Assembly (NCBI RefSeq): GCF_044226305.1
Contig: NZ_JBGAHF010000013.1
Location: 33,883-97,882, forward strand
DNA: 64,000 bases
Origin: Nocardioides sp.
GTDB taxonomy: Bacteria > Actinomycetota > Actinomycetes > Propionibacteriales > Nocardioidaceae
Direction of reading: 5' to 3'
The first letter of the stretch is position 1. Each line of letters opens with the position of its first letter. The position numbers and the translations under genes were made by a program. Below the pieces are notes generated by a model. It was not told the origin of the DNA. It saw nothing but the letters and a program-made list of their open reading frames with translations, and ran no database searches. Positions 37,244 through 46,779 of this stretch are shown here, piece by piece.

Positions 37244-38713
37244 TCAGACGGAGACGAAGCCCTGGAACAGGCCGATCACGCCGGCCACGGCGAGCGCCGC
37301 GACGACAGCCACGACGAACCGCTCGGCCAGGGTGAACACCTGCTGGCGCGACTGCTTGCGCGCCCAGACGTAGAACGCCGTGCCGATCAGGTAGAACAGC
37401 CCAGCCACGAGGACGTACTCCCAGCCACCCGCGTAGACGAGCCACACGGCGTACGCCAGGGCGACGGTCCCGACGGCGAGCTCCCACGGTCGGTGCTCGT
37501 GCGGGCCGTAGCCCTCGCCGGTCACCGCCAGCTTGATCTGGTAGGCGGCCGACCACAGGTAGGGCAGCAGGATCAGCGAGGTCGCCAGGTAGATCAGGTC
37601 GGTGTAGGTGTTCTCGTTCACGAGCGTCCACAGCAGCATCAGCTGCACGCAGCCGTTCGTCAGCCAGAGGGCGGTCGCCGGGGAGCCGTGCCGGTTCTCC
37701 CGGGCCAGCTGCGTCGGCAGCACCCCCTCGAGAGCGGGCAGGCGCAGGATCTCGACGCACAGCAGCACCCAGGAGATCAGGGCACCGAGCAGCGAGATGG
37801 CCAGGCCGAGCGAGATGAAGCCCGTGCCCCAGCTGCCGACCTCGTGCCTCATCAGGCCCGCCATCGACGGGTCCTCGAGCCCGGCGATCTTCGCCTGGGC
37901 CATCAGGCCGTACGCGAGCAGGTTGACCGCGAGCAGCAGGGCCAGCACCCCGAGGAAGCCGATGATCGTCGCCCGGCCGACGTCGCTGCGCTTGCCGGCC
38001 CGACGCGAGTAGACCGACGCGCCCTCGACACCGATGAACACCCAGACCGTCACCAGCATCATGTTCTTGACCTGGTCCAGCGTCGTGCCGAGCCCGGCGT
38101 CGTTCCCCCAGATGTCCGCGGTGAAGATGCCGGCCTTGAAGCCGACGGCCGCGATCGCGATGAAGGTCAGGATCGGGACGACCTTGGCGACCGTCACGAT
38201 CGTGTTGACGAAGGCGGCGCTGTGCACCCCGCGCAGGGCGAGGGCGTGCACGACCCAGAGGACGATCGACGCGCCGACGATGGCCGTCACCGTGTTGCCG
38301 CCCTCGAACCCGTCGAAGAAGTAGCCCAGGGTCGACATCAGCAGGACCAGGTAGCCGACGTTGCCGATCCAGGCGCTGATCCAGTACCCCCAGGCGGAGG
38401 TGAAGCCGATGTAGTTGCCGAAGCCCGCACGGGCGTACCCGTAGACCCCGCCGTCGACGTCCGGCTTGCGGGTGGCGAGCGCCTGGAAGACCAGGGCCAG
38501 CATGAGCATGCCGACACCCGTGATCGTCCATCCGATGAGCAACGGACCAGGAGCGGCGCTCCCGGCCATCTGCGACGGCAGGGCGAAGATGCCGCTACCG
38601 ATCATCGAGCCCACGACCAGCGCGATCAGGGCGGGAAGAGCAAGTGCGGCACCAGGGCCCCTCGTGTGCCTCGCAGGCGAGTCCGGCGACTGCCGGATGA
38701 GCTGCTGAGTCAT
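37244..38713 (-). CDS. arcD: arginine/ornithine antiporter (APC family)
   Basis: [31 protein letters not shown], multi-TM; SD GAGGAGG; first gene of arcDABC. Confidence 0.92.
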   Translation of the reverse strand: MTQQLIRQSPDSPARHTRGPGAALALPALIALVVGSMIGSGIFALPSQMAGSAAPGPLLIGWTITGVGMLMLALVFQALATRKPDVDGGVYGYARAGFGNYIGFTSAWGYWISAWIGNVGYLVLLMSTLGYFFDGFEGGNTVTAIVGASIVLWVVHALALRGVHSAAFVNTIVTVAKVVPILTFIAIAAVGFKAGIFTADIWGNDAGLGTTLDQVKNMMLVTVWVFIGVEGASVYSRRAGKRSDVGRATIIGFLGVLALLLAVNLLAYGLMAQAKIAGLEDPSMAGLMRHEVGSWGTGFISLGLAISLLGALISWVLLCVEILRLPALEGVLPTQLARENRHGSPATALWLTNGCVQLMLLWTLVNENTYTDLIYLATSLILLPYLWSAAYQIKLAVTGEGYGPHEHRPWELAVGTVALAYAVWLVYAGGWEYVLVAGLFYLIGTAFYVWARKQSRQQVFTLAERFVVAVVAALAVAGVIGLFQGFVSV

Positions 38714-38851
38714 GTCTCGGGCCTCCTCGAGGGCGGCCGACGGGGTGTCACCCGCCCTCTCTGGACGCTAGGAGACGACCGTCCCGCCCGGCAGAGGCGA
38801 ACGGCACCTCCTTGCACGCCCGGACCGTGACGACGGCCACGCCCGTCGGGG

Positions 38852-39868
38852 TCAGCCTCCGGACACGTCCAGCAGCACCTTGCCGACCGCGCCGGCCTCG
38901 ACCGCGTCGTGGGCGGCCGCGGCCTGGTCGAGCGGGTAGTGGTGCACCGGCAGGCCGGCCTCCTCGCCGACGCGGAGCGCCCCGGCGGCGATCGCCGCGT
39001 TGACGTCCTCGACGGCCGCCCGCACCAGCCCCGGGTCGAGCGTGTAGAGGATGAGGAACTGGAACCGCAGGTTCTTCCCGAACGCCGCCCGCAGCGGCAT
39101 CGTCATCTCGTCGCCGCCGTTGTTGGCGTAGATCGAGACCAGGCCGTGCACCTTGACGACCTCGAGGTCGATGCCGACGTTCTGCGCCGGCGCCACCTCG
39201 ACCGCGATGTCCACGCCGTCCGGGCAGAGCGCCCGGACCTCCTCGACCACGTCGGAGCTGTGGTAGTCGATCGTGTGGTGCGCGCCGGCGGCGGTCGCGA
39301 GGGCCGCCTTCCCCGGGCTGCTGACCGTGGCGACGACCGTCGCTCCCGACCACCGGGCCAGCTGGATCGCGGCGTTGCCGACGGCCCCCGCTCCCCCGGC
39401 GACCAGCACCGTGCGGCCGGCGAGCGCGCCCGGTCCGAGCCGGGCCGGACCGAGCTCGGAGGCGGTCAGCGCGCGGTGCGCGGTCACGGCCGGCACGCCG
39501 ACGCTGGCACCGAGGTCGAAGTCGGCACCCTCGGGCAGGTGCACGACCTTGGCGACCGGCTGCACCGTGTGCTCGGCAGCGGTCCCGTGGGCGCGCCCGT
39601 GCTGCGCCAGCACCAGCCACACCCGGTCCCCGACCGCGAACCCCTCGACGCCCTCACCCAGCGCGTCGACCACACCGGCCCCGTCCTGGCCGGGCGTCAC
39701 CTCGTCGTACCCGCTCATCATGCCGGCGCGGAACTTCCAGTCCGTCGGGTTCACCCCCGACCTCACCAGCCGGACCCGGACCTCGCCCGGGCCGGGCTCG
39801 GGCAGGTCGCGCTCGACGACCTGGAGGACGGAGGACGGACCGGTCTCGCGGTAGACGACGGCGCGCAT
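38852..39868 (-). CDS. NADPH:quinone reductase / zeta-crystallin-like MDR oxidoreductase
   Basis: GVNPTD, PGQDGAGVV, GDRV, GGAGAVG, GKVLL; no Zn-binding Cys cluster. Confidence 0.88.
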   Translation of the reverse strand: MRAVVYRETGPSSVLQVVERDLPEPGPGEVRVRLVRSGVNPTDWKFRAGMMSGYDEVTPGQDGAGVVDALGEGVEGFAVGDRVWLVLAQHGRAHGTAAEHTVQPVAKVVHLPEGADFDLGASVGVPAVTAHRALTASELGPARLGPGALAGRTVLVAGGAGAVGNAAIQLARWSGATVVATVSSPGKAALATAAGAHHTIDYHSSDVVEEVRALCPDGVDIAVEVAPAQNVGIDLEVVKVHGLVSIYANNGGDEMTMPLRAAFGKNLRFQFLILYTLDPGLVRAAVEDVNAAIAAGALRVGEEAGLPVHHYPLDQAAAAHDAVEAGAVGKVLLDVSGG

Positions 39869-39944
39869 GGCGTGGCTCCTCGGTGTAGGGGTACGGCCTG
39901 GTGGCTACGGTCACCGGGTAGGTAACCGTCCGCCAGGAGGATCC

Positions 39945-40349
39945 ATGCCCGAGCTGCCGTTCCCCGACCACGTCCGCGACCTGCTCGCGAAGCCGAACCC
40001 GGCCGTCGTCGCGACCCTGCGGTCCGACGGCGCGCCCGTGTCGGTGGCGACGTGGTACCTGCTCGACGGGGACCGGGTGCTGCTCAACATGGACCACTCC
40101 CGGGTGCGGCTGGCGCACCTGCGGCGCGACCCCCGGCTCTCGCTCACCGTGCTCGACGAGGCCGGGTGGTACACCCACGTCTCCCTCGTGGGCCGGGTCA
40201 TCGAGCTGTACGACGACGCGGGGCTCGCCGACATCGACCGGCTGAGCACCCACTACCGCGGCCAGCCGTACCCGAACCGCAAGAGCCCGCGCGTCTCCGC
40301 CTGGATGAGCATCGACCGGTGGCACGGCTGGGGCGCCGTCAGCGACTGA
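39945..40349 (+). CDS. PPOX-class probable F420-dependent oxidoreductase
   Basis: SD AGGAGG then ATG at 39945; AVVATLRSDGAP, W, LRRDPRLSL; split beta-barrel pattern. Confidence 0.85.
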   Translation: MPELPFPDHVRDLLAKPNPAVVATLRSDGAPVSVATWYLLDGDRVLLNMDHSRVRLAHLRRDPRLSLTVLDEAGWYTHVSLVGRVIELYDDAGLADIDRLSTHYRGQPYPNRKSPRVSAWMSIDRWHGWGAVSD

Positions 40350-40365
40350 GCCCGAGCGGTGCCGG

Positions 40366-41823
40366 CTACAGCGCGGCGGCCATCCCCGCGCAGGCCTTGA
40401 GCCACTGCATCCGGGTGTGCTGGGACAGCTGGGCGTACGGCACGACCGACCCGGCGACCAGGGCCGGGTCGTAGGGGACGCGGTAGACCCCGCGGGTGCG
40501 CTGCTGGTAGACCTCGACGAGGTCGTCGGCGAGCTTGCCGTCGACCTGCGCGGACGGGTCCGAGAGCACCGTGACCGCCTTGTACTTGAGGTTCTGGTAG
40601 CCGGCGTCCTGGAGCGCGTCGAGCATCCACAGGCCGCTGTAGCCGGTGTCCTCGCGCACCGTCGACGTGACGACCAGCAGGTCGGCCGCCCCGGCCGCGG
40701 CGAGCCAGTTCTCGGCGCGCATGTTGTTGCCGGTGTCGATGAGGATCACCCGGTAGAACCGCTCGAGCAGCTTGTGGACCGCGTCGAAGTCCTGGGCCCG
40801 GATCGTCCCAGTGACGTCGGGGCGCTCGTCGGAGGCGAGGACGTCGAAGTGCGCGTCGCCCTGTGACCGCACGAACGCGCCGAGGTCGCCGATGCGGGAC
40901 TGGTAGACGTCGGTGAACCGCTCGAGGTCCTCCAGCAGCTCGCGCGTCGTGTTGCGGTGGGTGCTGCGGGTGCCGCGGATGCCGAGGGTGCCGCGGGTCT
41001 CGTTGTTGTCGCACGCGACGACGCCGCCGCCACGCACGGTGCCGAACGTGTAGCCCGCCGCCAGCACGCCGGTGGTCTTGGCTGCGCCGCCCTTGGGGTT
41101 GATGAACGCGATCGTGCGCGGTCCGTCGAAGTCCCGCTGGATCATCCGGCGGTCGTCCTCGTAGGCGCGCTCGGCCGGCCCCATCTTCGGGGTGACCAGG
41201 CCGCCGGTCCAGCGGCGCAGCTGGCCCCGCCAGCCCCAGGTCGCCGGGCCGTGCTCCTGCGAGGCGTCGCGGCGGTCGAGGAAGTCGGTCGCGGTCATGA
41301 ACCGGCGGACCTCGCCCTCCGGGGCGGTGGCCTCGCCCGCGTCCTCGGCGGCCGGTACGGCGGGCGGACGGGTCTCTCCCGGCAGCGGGGCCGGCAGCGG
41401 GGCCGAGGAGGCGTCCGGCCGCGGGGCGGCCGCCGGCGGCGCTGCCGGGGGCGCCGTCGTCGTCGGCGGCCGGTGGGCCGGTGGCGGCGTGGTCGGCATC
41501 GGGCCGAGCGGCGCGGACAGCGGTGCACCGGGTGCCTGCTGACCCGGGTACGGCGCCGGCGGGGCCGCCGGCGGGGCGGCGGGCGCGCCCTCGGGCGGCG
41601 GGCCGAGGGGGTCGCGCAGCGGGTCACCGACGGGACCACCCAGCGGGTCGCCCAGCGGGTCGTTCAGCGGGTCGGGCCGGGAGCCGGCCGAGCCGACCGC
41701 ACGGTTGCTGCGGCGCACGGCGTACTCGGTCAGGTCCTCCGGCTGGTAGAGCCGGTCGCTGGTGTCGTCGTCGACGGCCCGGCCGTCGTCCCTCGACCCG
41801 GCCGAGCTCCATGCCTCCGACAT
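40366..41823 (-). CDS. MinD/ParA-family ATPase with a long Pro-rich N-terminus
   Basis: FINPKGGAAKTT (deviant Walker A), DNNETRG, ILIDTGN, VPYDP.L; about 190-aa Pro/Ala-rich N-terminus; SD GGAGG. Confidence 0.82.
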   Translation of the reverse strand: MSEAWSSAGSRDDGRAVDDDTSDRLYQPEDLTEYAVRRSNRAVGSAGSRPDPLNDPLGDPLGGPVGDPLRDPLGPPPEGAPAAPPAAPPAPYPGQQAPGAPLSAPLGPMPTTPPPAHRPPTTTAPPAAPPAAAPRPDASSAPLPAPLPGETRPPAVPAAEDAGEATAPEGEVRRFMTATDFLDRRDASQEHGPATWGWRGQLRRWTGGLVTPKMGPAERAYEDDRRMIQRDFDGPRTIAFINPKGGAAKTTGVLAAGYTFGTVRGGGVVACDNNETRGTLGIRGTRSTHRNTTRELLEDLERFTDVYQSRIGDLGAFVRSQGDAHFDVLASDERPDVTGTIRAQDFDAVHKLLERFYRVILIDTGNNMRAENWLAAAGAADLLVVTSTVREDTGYSGLWMLDALQDAGYQNLKYKAVTVLSDPSAQVDGKLADDLVEVYQQRTRGVYRVPYDPALVAGSVVPYAQLSQHTRMQWLKACAGMAAAL

Positions 41824-41887
41824 CGGTGCCTCCCTCGAGAAGTGCGCTCGTCGTGCTGTGCAGGGTCCTTCCCCGAACGTCAGCGCC

Positions 41888-41998
41888 TCACACGCTCCGG
41901 AGCCGGTCCGAGCCGTCGAGGGCCCGGTCCAGGGTCTCGTCGAAGGCGCCGTCCAGGGCGAGGGCGATCAGGACGCGGAGCTTGAGCAGCATGGTCAC
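41888..41998 (-). CDS. unannotated small protein (34-36 aa)
   Basis: GTG ACC ATG...TGA gives (VT)MLLKLRVLIALALDGAFDETLDRALDGSDRLRSV; all 36 sense codons end in G or C; fills the gap between two genes. Confidence 0.6.
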   Translation of the reverse strand: MTMLLKLRVLIALALDGAFDETLDRALDGSDRLRSV

Positions 41999-42051
41999 GG
42001 CGACCTAGGTCCCCGGCGCCGGTGGCGCCCAAACCTCCGTGCCGGCCGGGC

Positions 42052-43356
42052 TCAGAGGTCGTCGAGCGCCGCGGCGATGGCGCGGTGGAAGGTCGGGTAG
42101 GCGTAGTGCACGCCCCGCAGGGTCTCCACCGGCACCGCGGCGTGCACCGCCACCGAGAGCAGCCCCAGCACCTCGCCGCCGTACGGCGCCACGACGGTCG
42201 CCCCGACGAGCACCCCACGGTCCGCGTCGGCGACCACCTTGACGACCCCTTCGGCCTCGGCGATCCAGCCGCGGCTCGAGCGTGGCACGTCGGCGTGCCC
42301 GACCGCGACGCGCAGTCCGGCGGACCGCGCCTGCTCCTCGGTCATGCCGACCGCCCCGACCTCCGGGTCGGTGAAGGTCACCCGGCTCACGGCGTGGTGG
42401 TCGGCCCAGGGTCCGTCCTCGCCGAGCAGGTCGCGGACGGCCACCTGCGCCTGGTAGAGCGCCAGGTGGGTGTGGTCGCCGTGCCCGGTGATGTCGCCGA
42501 CCGCCCACAGCCGGTCCCCGGCCCGCATCCGCTCGTCGGTCGCGAGGTGGTCGGCACCGGGGTCGAGGCCCACGGTCTCGAGGCCGACGTCGCCGAGGTT
42601 GGTCCGGCGCCCGGTGGCGACGAGCAGGTGCTCGGCCGCGATCGTCGCGCCGGCGAGGTCGACCTCGAAGCCGTCGCTGTGGCGGACGGCGACGGGCGCG
42701 CTCCCGAGGTGCACCTCGACCCCCTCGGCGGCGAGGACCCGGGCGACGACCTCGCTCGCCTCCGGCTCCTCGTTCCCGAGCAGCCGGTCGGTCGGCTCGA
42801 CGACGCGCACCCGACTGCCCAGCCGCGCGGCCGCCTGGGCCAGCTCGCAGCCGATCGGCCCGCCGCCGAGCACGACCAGCGAGGCGGGCGCGTCGGTCTG
42901 CCGCACGACGTCGCGGTTGGTCCAGTACGGCGTGCCGGCCAGCCCGGGGAGGTCGGGGACCGCGGGATCGGTGCCGGTGTCGAGGAGCACGCCGAGCCGC
43001 GCGTCGTACGTCGTCCCGTCGACCTCGACGCGGCCCGGGCCCGCGAGCCGGCCGGTGCCGCGCACCAGGCGGACACCGGCCTCCTCGAGCGGCTGTGCGT
43101 GGGTGTGGTCGCTCCAGTCATGGTTGGCCTCGCGGATCCGCGCCGCGGCGCTCGGCCAGCCCCGCCGCTCGTGGGCGGCGTGGACGAGCAGCTTCGACGG
43201 CGTGCAGCCCCAGAACGGGCACTCGCCGCCGACCAGGTCCCGCTCGACACCGACCACGTCGAGCCCGGCCTGCGCCAGCTTGCGGGCGGCGTGCTCGCCG
43301 CCGGCCCCGAGCCCGAGGACGACGACGTCGGTCCCGAGCACCGGGTGGCCGGACAA
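42052..43356 (-). CDS. class-I pyridine nucleotide-disulfide oxidoreductase (Lpd/MerA-like), paralog 1
   Basis: GLGAGG, GGECPFWGCTPSK, GGGPIG.E, AVGDI, C-terminal YPTFHR. Confidence 0.88.
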   Translation of the reverse strand: MSGHPVLGTDVVVLGLGAGGEHAARKLAQAGLDVVGVERDLVGGECPFWGCTPSKLLVHAAHERRGWPSAAARIREANHDWSDHTHAQPLEEAGVRLVRGTGRLAGPGRVEVDGTTYDARLGVLLDTGTDPAVPDLPGLAGTPYWTNRDVVRQTDAPASLVVLGGGPIGCELAQAAARLGSRVRVVEPTDRLLGNEEPEASEVVARVLAAEGVEVHLGSAPVAVRHSDGFEVDLAGATIAAEHLLVATGRRTNLGDVGLETVGLDPGADHLATDERMRAGDRLWAVGDITGHGDHTHLALYQAQVAVRDLLGEDGPWADHHAVSRVTFTDPEVGAVGMTEEQARSAGLRVAVGHADVPRSSRGWIAEAEGVVKVVADADRGVLVGATVVAPYGGEVLGLLSVAVHAAVPVETLRGVHYAYPTFHRAIAAALDDL

Positions 43357-43359
43357 CGG

Positions 43360-44256
43360 CTACTTCGAGAGGTGCCGGGCGCGGGCGAGGGTGAACAGCC
43401 CGTAGCAGGCCAGGCCGACGCCGATCAGGCCGAGCAGCACCGGGCCGAACGGCTGCTGGAGGACGGCGAGGAGCGCCTCGTCGAGGCCGCCGGACTTCTT
43501 CGCGTCGTGCGTCAGCGCGGCGTAGCAGAACAGGCCACCGACGACGCCGATCGCGATCCCCTTGGCGGTGTAGCCGGCCTTGCCGAAGGCGATGTAGGCC
43601 TGGCCGCTCTGGCCGCTGCGGCCCTCGGCGTCCAGCTTCTCGGCGAACTTCTCGGTCCAGGCGGTCCACACCTGGTAGGCGCCGTAGCCGATGATCGCGA
43701 GGCCCGCGGCACCGACGAGCAGCTGACCGCCCGGCCAGTTCATCACCGTCGCGGTCCAGGTCGTCTGCGAGCTCTTGCCGCCGCCGCTGCTGCTGGACTG
43801 CGTCGCGACGCTGAAGCCGCTGATCGCGACCGCGGCGTACAGGACGGCCTTGAACGCCGACATCACCCGCTTGCGGGTGCGCTTGCTCTCGTCCTGCTCG
43901 TCGCGGTGCCCCACTGCTGCCTCGAGGCCCTTCCAGACGACCAGGAAGACCATCCCGACGGTGACGGCCCACACGAGGGCGTCGCGGAAGGGCTGCTGGG
44001 TCAGCTCGCGGAGGGCGCCGGTGCTGGACGGGCGGCCCTCGTGGTCGCCGAGCGCCAGCTGCACGGCGAGCCAGCCGACGAGCAGGTAGATGAGGGCGTA
44101 GGCGACCAGGCCGACACGGGCGGCCTTGTCCATCCAGTCGCTGTCCTGGGCCTGCCGGCCGGCGTCCTTGGCCTGGTCGGCGGCGTTGCCGGCGGAGTTC
44201 TTGGCGGCGTTGCCGGTGGGGCTGCCGGTGGGGCTGCCGGTGGGGCTGGTGGTCAT
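43360..44256 (-). CDS. multi-pass membrane protein (DUF1206-like)
   Basis: AR.GLVAYALIY, QQPF/QQPFG repeats, GGLDEAL; internally repeated TM hairpins. Confidence 0.75.
   Translation of the reverse strand: MTTSPTGSPTGSPTGNAAKNSAGNAADQAKDAGRQAQDSDWMDKAARVGLVAYALIYLLVGWLAVQLALGDHEGRPSSTGALRELTQQPFRDALVWAVTVGMVFLVVWKGLEAAVGHRDEQDESKRTRKRVMSAFKAVLYAAVAISGFSVATQSSSSGGGKSSQTTWTATVMNWPGGQLLVGAAGLAIIGYGAYQVWTAWTEKFAEKLDAEGRSGQSGQAYIAFGKAGYTAKGIAIGVVGGLFCYAALTHDAKKSGGLDEALLAVLQQPFGPVLLGLIGVGLACYGLFTLARARHLSK
44211..44248. repeat. 12-bp tandem repeat x3 (encodes SPTG repeats)
   Basis: TGCCGGTGGGGC three times, in frame in the N-terminus of the DUF1206-like protein. Confidence 0.85.
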
Positions 44257-44257
44257 G

Positions 44258-45640
44258 TCAGCTCGTTTCGAGACCTCCCAGCGCCGTCTCGATGGCGCGG
44301 TGGAAGGTGGGGTAGGCGAAGATCATGCTCTTCAGGGTCCGGACAGGGACCGCCGCGTGCACCGCGACGGCGAGGAAGCCGAGGATCTCGCCGCCCGCGG
44401 GCCCCATGGCCGATGCACCCACCAGCACACCGCGGTCGGCGTCCTCGACGACCTTGATCAGTCCGTGCCCGCCCGGGCCGTGCGTGAAACCACGGGAGGA
44501 CTGCTCGAGCGGGGTCGAGCCGGTCCGGACCCGCAGCCCCGCCTCCCGGGCCGCCTGCTCGGTCAGGCCGACGCCGCCGACCTCCGGGTCGGTGAAGGTG
44601 ACGTGCGGGACCGCGTGGTAGCTCGCCGGATCCCCGTCCTCCCCCAGGACGTCGCGCAGCGCCACCGCCTGCTGGTACATCGAGACGTGGGTGAAGGCCC
44701 CGTGGCCGGTCACGTCGCCGATCGCCCACAGCCGCTCCCCCGCCCGCAGGTGCTCGTCGACCTCGATCGTCCGGGCCGCCGGGTCGAGGCCGACGGTCTC
44801 GAGCCCGAGGTCGTCGAGGTTCGGGACCCGGCCGGCGGCGACCAGCAGCTTGTCGGCCACCAGCTCCTCGCCGGTGTCCAGGCCGAGGGTGAACGCGCCG
44901 TCGGCGTACGCCGCCCGCTGCAGCTCGACGCCGGTGAGGACGCGGATGCCCTCCTGGGCGAACACCTCGGCCAGCAGCTCGCCCGCCTCGGGCTCGTCGG
45001 CCGGCAGCAGCCGCGGCCCGTGCTGGAGCACGGTCACCCGGACCCCGAACCGGGAGAACACCTGGGCCAGCTCGCAGCCGATCGGGCCGCCCCCGACCAC
45101 GACGAGGGAGGCGGGCAGCTCGGTGACCCGCACGGCGTCGCGGTTGGTCCAGTACGGCGTGCCCGCGAGCCCCTCGACCGGCGGCACGGCCGGCCGGGTT
45201 CCCGGGTTGACGACGACCCCGCGGCGGGCGGTGTAGGTCACCGTCGCACCGTCCGCGGTCTCGACCGTGACGCGCCCGGTGCCGGCGAGCCGGCCGACCC
45301 CGTGGTGGACCGTGGCGCCGGCGTCACGCAGCCGGTCGACCGCGATCGTGTCGTCCCAGCCGGCCGTGGCCTGCTCGTCGACGCGGCGGGTGACCACGGA
45401 CCACGCGGGGGTGATCGTCGCCTCGCCGGCGACCTCCGCCGCCCGGCGTACCTCGGCGACGACGTCGCTGCCGCGCACCATCATCTTGGTCGGGATGCAC
45501 CCGTAGTAGGGACACTCGCCCCCGACCAGGTGCTTGTCGACGGCCACGACCTCGAGGCCCGCCTGGGCGGCGCCGGTCGCGAGTGCCTCGCCGCCGGGGC
45601 CGGTGCCGATGACGACCAGGTCCACCTCGTGCTCAGTCAT
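44258..45640 (-). CDS. class-I pyridine nucleotide-disulfide oxidoreductase (Lpd/MerA-like), paralog 2
   Basis: Start MTEHEV (45640); GTGPGG, GGECPYYGCIPTK, GGGPIG.E, AIGDV, YPTFHR. Confidence 0.88.
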   Translation of the reverse strand: MTEHEVDLVVIGTGPGGEALATGAAQAGLEVVAVDKHLVGGECPYYGCIPTKMMVRGSDVVAEVRRAAEVAGEATITPAWSVVTRRVDEQATAGWDDTIAVDRLRDAGATVHHGVGRLAGTGRVTVETADGATVTYTARRGVVVNPGTRPAVPPVEGLAGTPYWTNRDAVRVTELPASLVVVGGGPIGCELAQVFSRFGVRVTVLQHGPRLLPADEPEAGELLAEVFAQEGIRVLTGVELQRAAYADGAFTLGLDTGEELVADKLLVAAGRVPNLDDLGLETVGLDPAARTIEVDEHLRAGERLWAIGDVTGHGAFTHVSMYQQAVALRDVLGEDGDPASYHAVPHVTFTDPEVGGVGLTEQAAREAGLRVRTGSTPLEQSSRGFTHGPGGHGLIKVVEDADRGVLVGASAMGPAGGEILGFLAVAVHAAVPVRTLKSMIFAYPTFHRAIETALGGLETS

Positions 45641-45701
45641 GCGCCCCAGCATGGCGGGAGCGGACAAGCGGGGCGAGGGCGGACCGGGCGTCAGACCGGC
45701 G

Positions 45702-46109
45702 TCAGACCAGGGAGGCCTTGTCGCGCAGGATGCTGCCGAGCACGCCGTTGACGAACTGCGGCGACTCGTCGGTGGACAGCTCGCCGACCAGCGTCATCGC
45801 CTCGGAGACGGCGACCGCGCCGGGCACGTCGTCGGACCAGAGCAGCTCCCAGACGGCGATGCGCAGCACGTTGCGGTCGACGGCCGGCATCCGCGCCAGC
45901 GTCCACCCCTCGGCGTACGACGACAGCACCTCGTCGATGCGGTCGCGGTGCTCCTCGACGCCCCGGACCAGGACGGCGGTGTACTCGTTCGTGGGCCCCT
46001 CACCCTCGGCGACCGCGCGGTCGAGCGCCTCGAGGGCGGGCTCGCGGCGCAGCTCGGAGGCGTAGAGGAGGTCCAGCGCTCGCTTGCGGGCCTTGGAACG
46101 GGCAGCCAC
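45702..46109 (-). CDS. nusB: transcription antitermination factor
   Basis: ARSKARKRAL, WTLARMPAVDRNVLR, EA..L...ST.ESPQFVNGVL. Confidence 0.96.
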   Translation of the reverse strand: MAARSKARKRALDLLYASELRREPALEALDRAVAEGEGPTNEYTAVLVRGVEEHRDRIDEVLSSYAEGWTLARMPAVDRNVLRIAVWELLWSDDVPGAVAVSEAMTLVGELSTDESPQFVNGVLGSILRDKASLV

Positions 46110-46112
46110 GGA

Positions 46113-46676
46113 CTAGGACTTCACACGGCCGAGGTAGGAGGAGTCGCGGGTGTCGACCTTGACCTTCTCGCCCTGGTTGATGAACAGCGGCACCTGAATC
46201 TCGTGGCCGGTCTCGAGGGTGGCCGGCTTGGTGCGGCCCGTGGCGCTGTCGCCGGCGAGGCCGGGCTCGGTGAAGGTGATGACGAGCTCGACCGAGGCCG
46301 GGAGCTCGATGAAGAGCACGCGGCCCTCGTTGGTGGCGATGATGACGTCCTGGTTCTCCAGGAGGAAGTTCTTCGCGTTGCCGACGATCTCCGGCGGGAC
46401 CTCGAGCTGCTCGTAGCTCTGCACGTCCATGAAGACGTAGGAGGAGCCGTCGTTGTAGAGGTACTGCATCGTGCGGCGGTCGACCGTGGCGGTCTCGACC
46501 TTGGTGCCGGCGTTGAAGGTCTTGTCGACGGTCTTGTTGGACTCGACGTTCTTCAGCTTGGTGCGCACGAAGGCGGGGCCCTTGCCCGGCTTCACGTGCT
46601 GGAACTCCACGACGGCCCAGAGCTGGCCGTCGATGTTGAGAACCATGCCGTTCTTGAGGTCGTTCGTCGATGCCAT
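46113..46676 (-). CDS. efp: elongation factor P
   Basis: [38 protein letters not shown]. Confidence 0.98.
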   Translation of the reverse strand: MASTNDLKNGMVLNIDGQLWAVVEFQHVKPGKGPAFVRTKLKNVESNKTVDKTFNAGTKVETATVDRRTMQYLYNDGSSYVFMDVQSYEQLEVPPEIVGNAKNFLLENQDVIIATNEGRVLFIELPASVELVITFTEPGLAGDSATGRTKPATLETGHEIQVPLFINQGEKVKVDTRDSSYLGRVKS

Positions 46677-46779
46677 GCGCGCGTGTCAGCCTTCGTACGT
46701 CGGTGGGTCGTGCGGCCACCCGGACCGCCGGGCACCAGCGGACGAGTCTATCGGGCCGGGCTGCTCGCCGAGGAATCGG

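Noticed and set aside
35820-38531. Apparent giant fusion ORFs (35820-38531, 27217-29112, 28425-30176, 5877-7697, 20385-22334)
   Set aside because: These are upstream in-frame extensions through the neighbouring gene's alternate frame. Real starts are internal, with overlaps, SD or -10 support.
44211-44248. 12-bp x3 repeat as a phase-variation switch
   Set aside because: The unit is a multiple of three in a low-complexity N-terminus, so copy-number change would not shift the frame.
42052-45640. Mercuric reductase / mer operon
   Set aside because: No C-terminal Cys-Cys, no N-terminal metal-binding domain, and no merR/merT/merP nearby.
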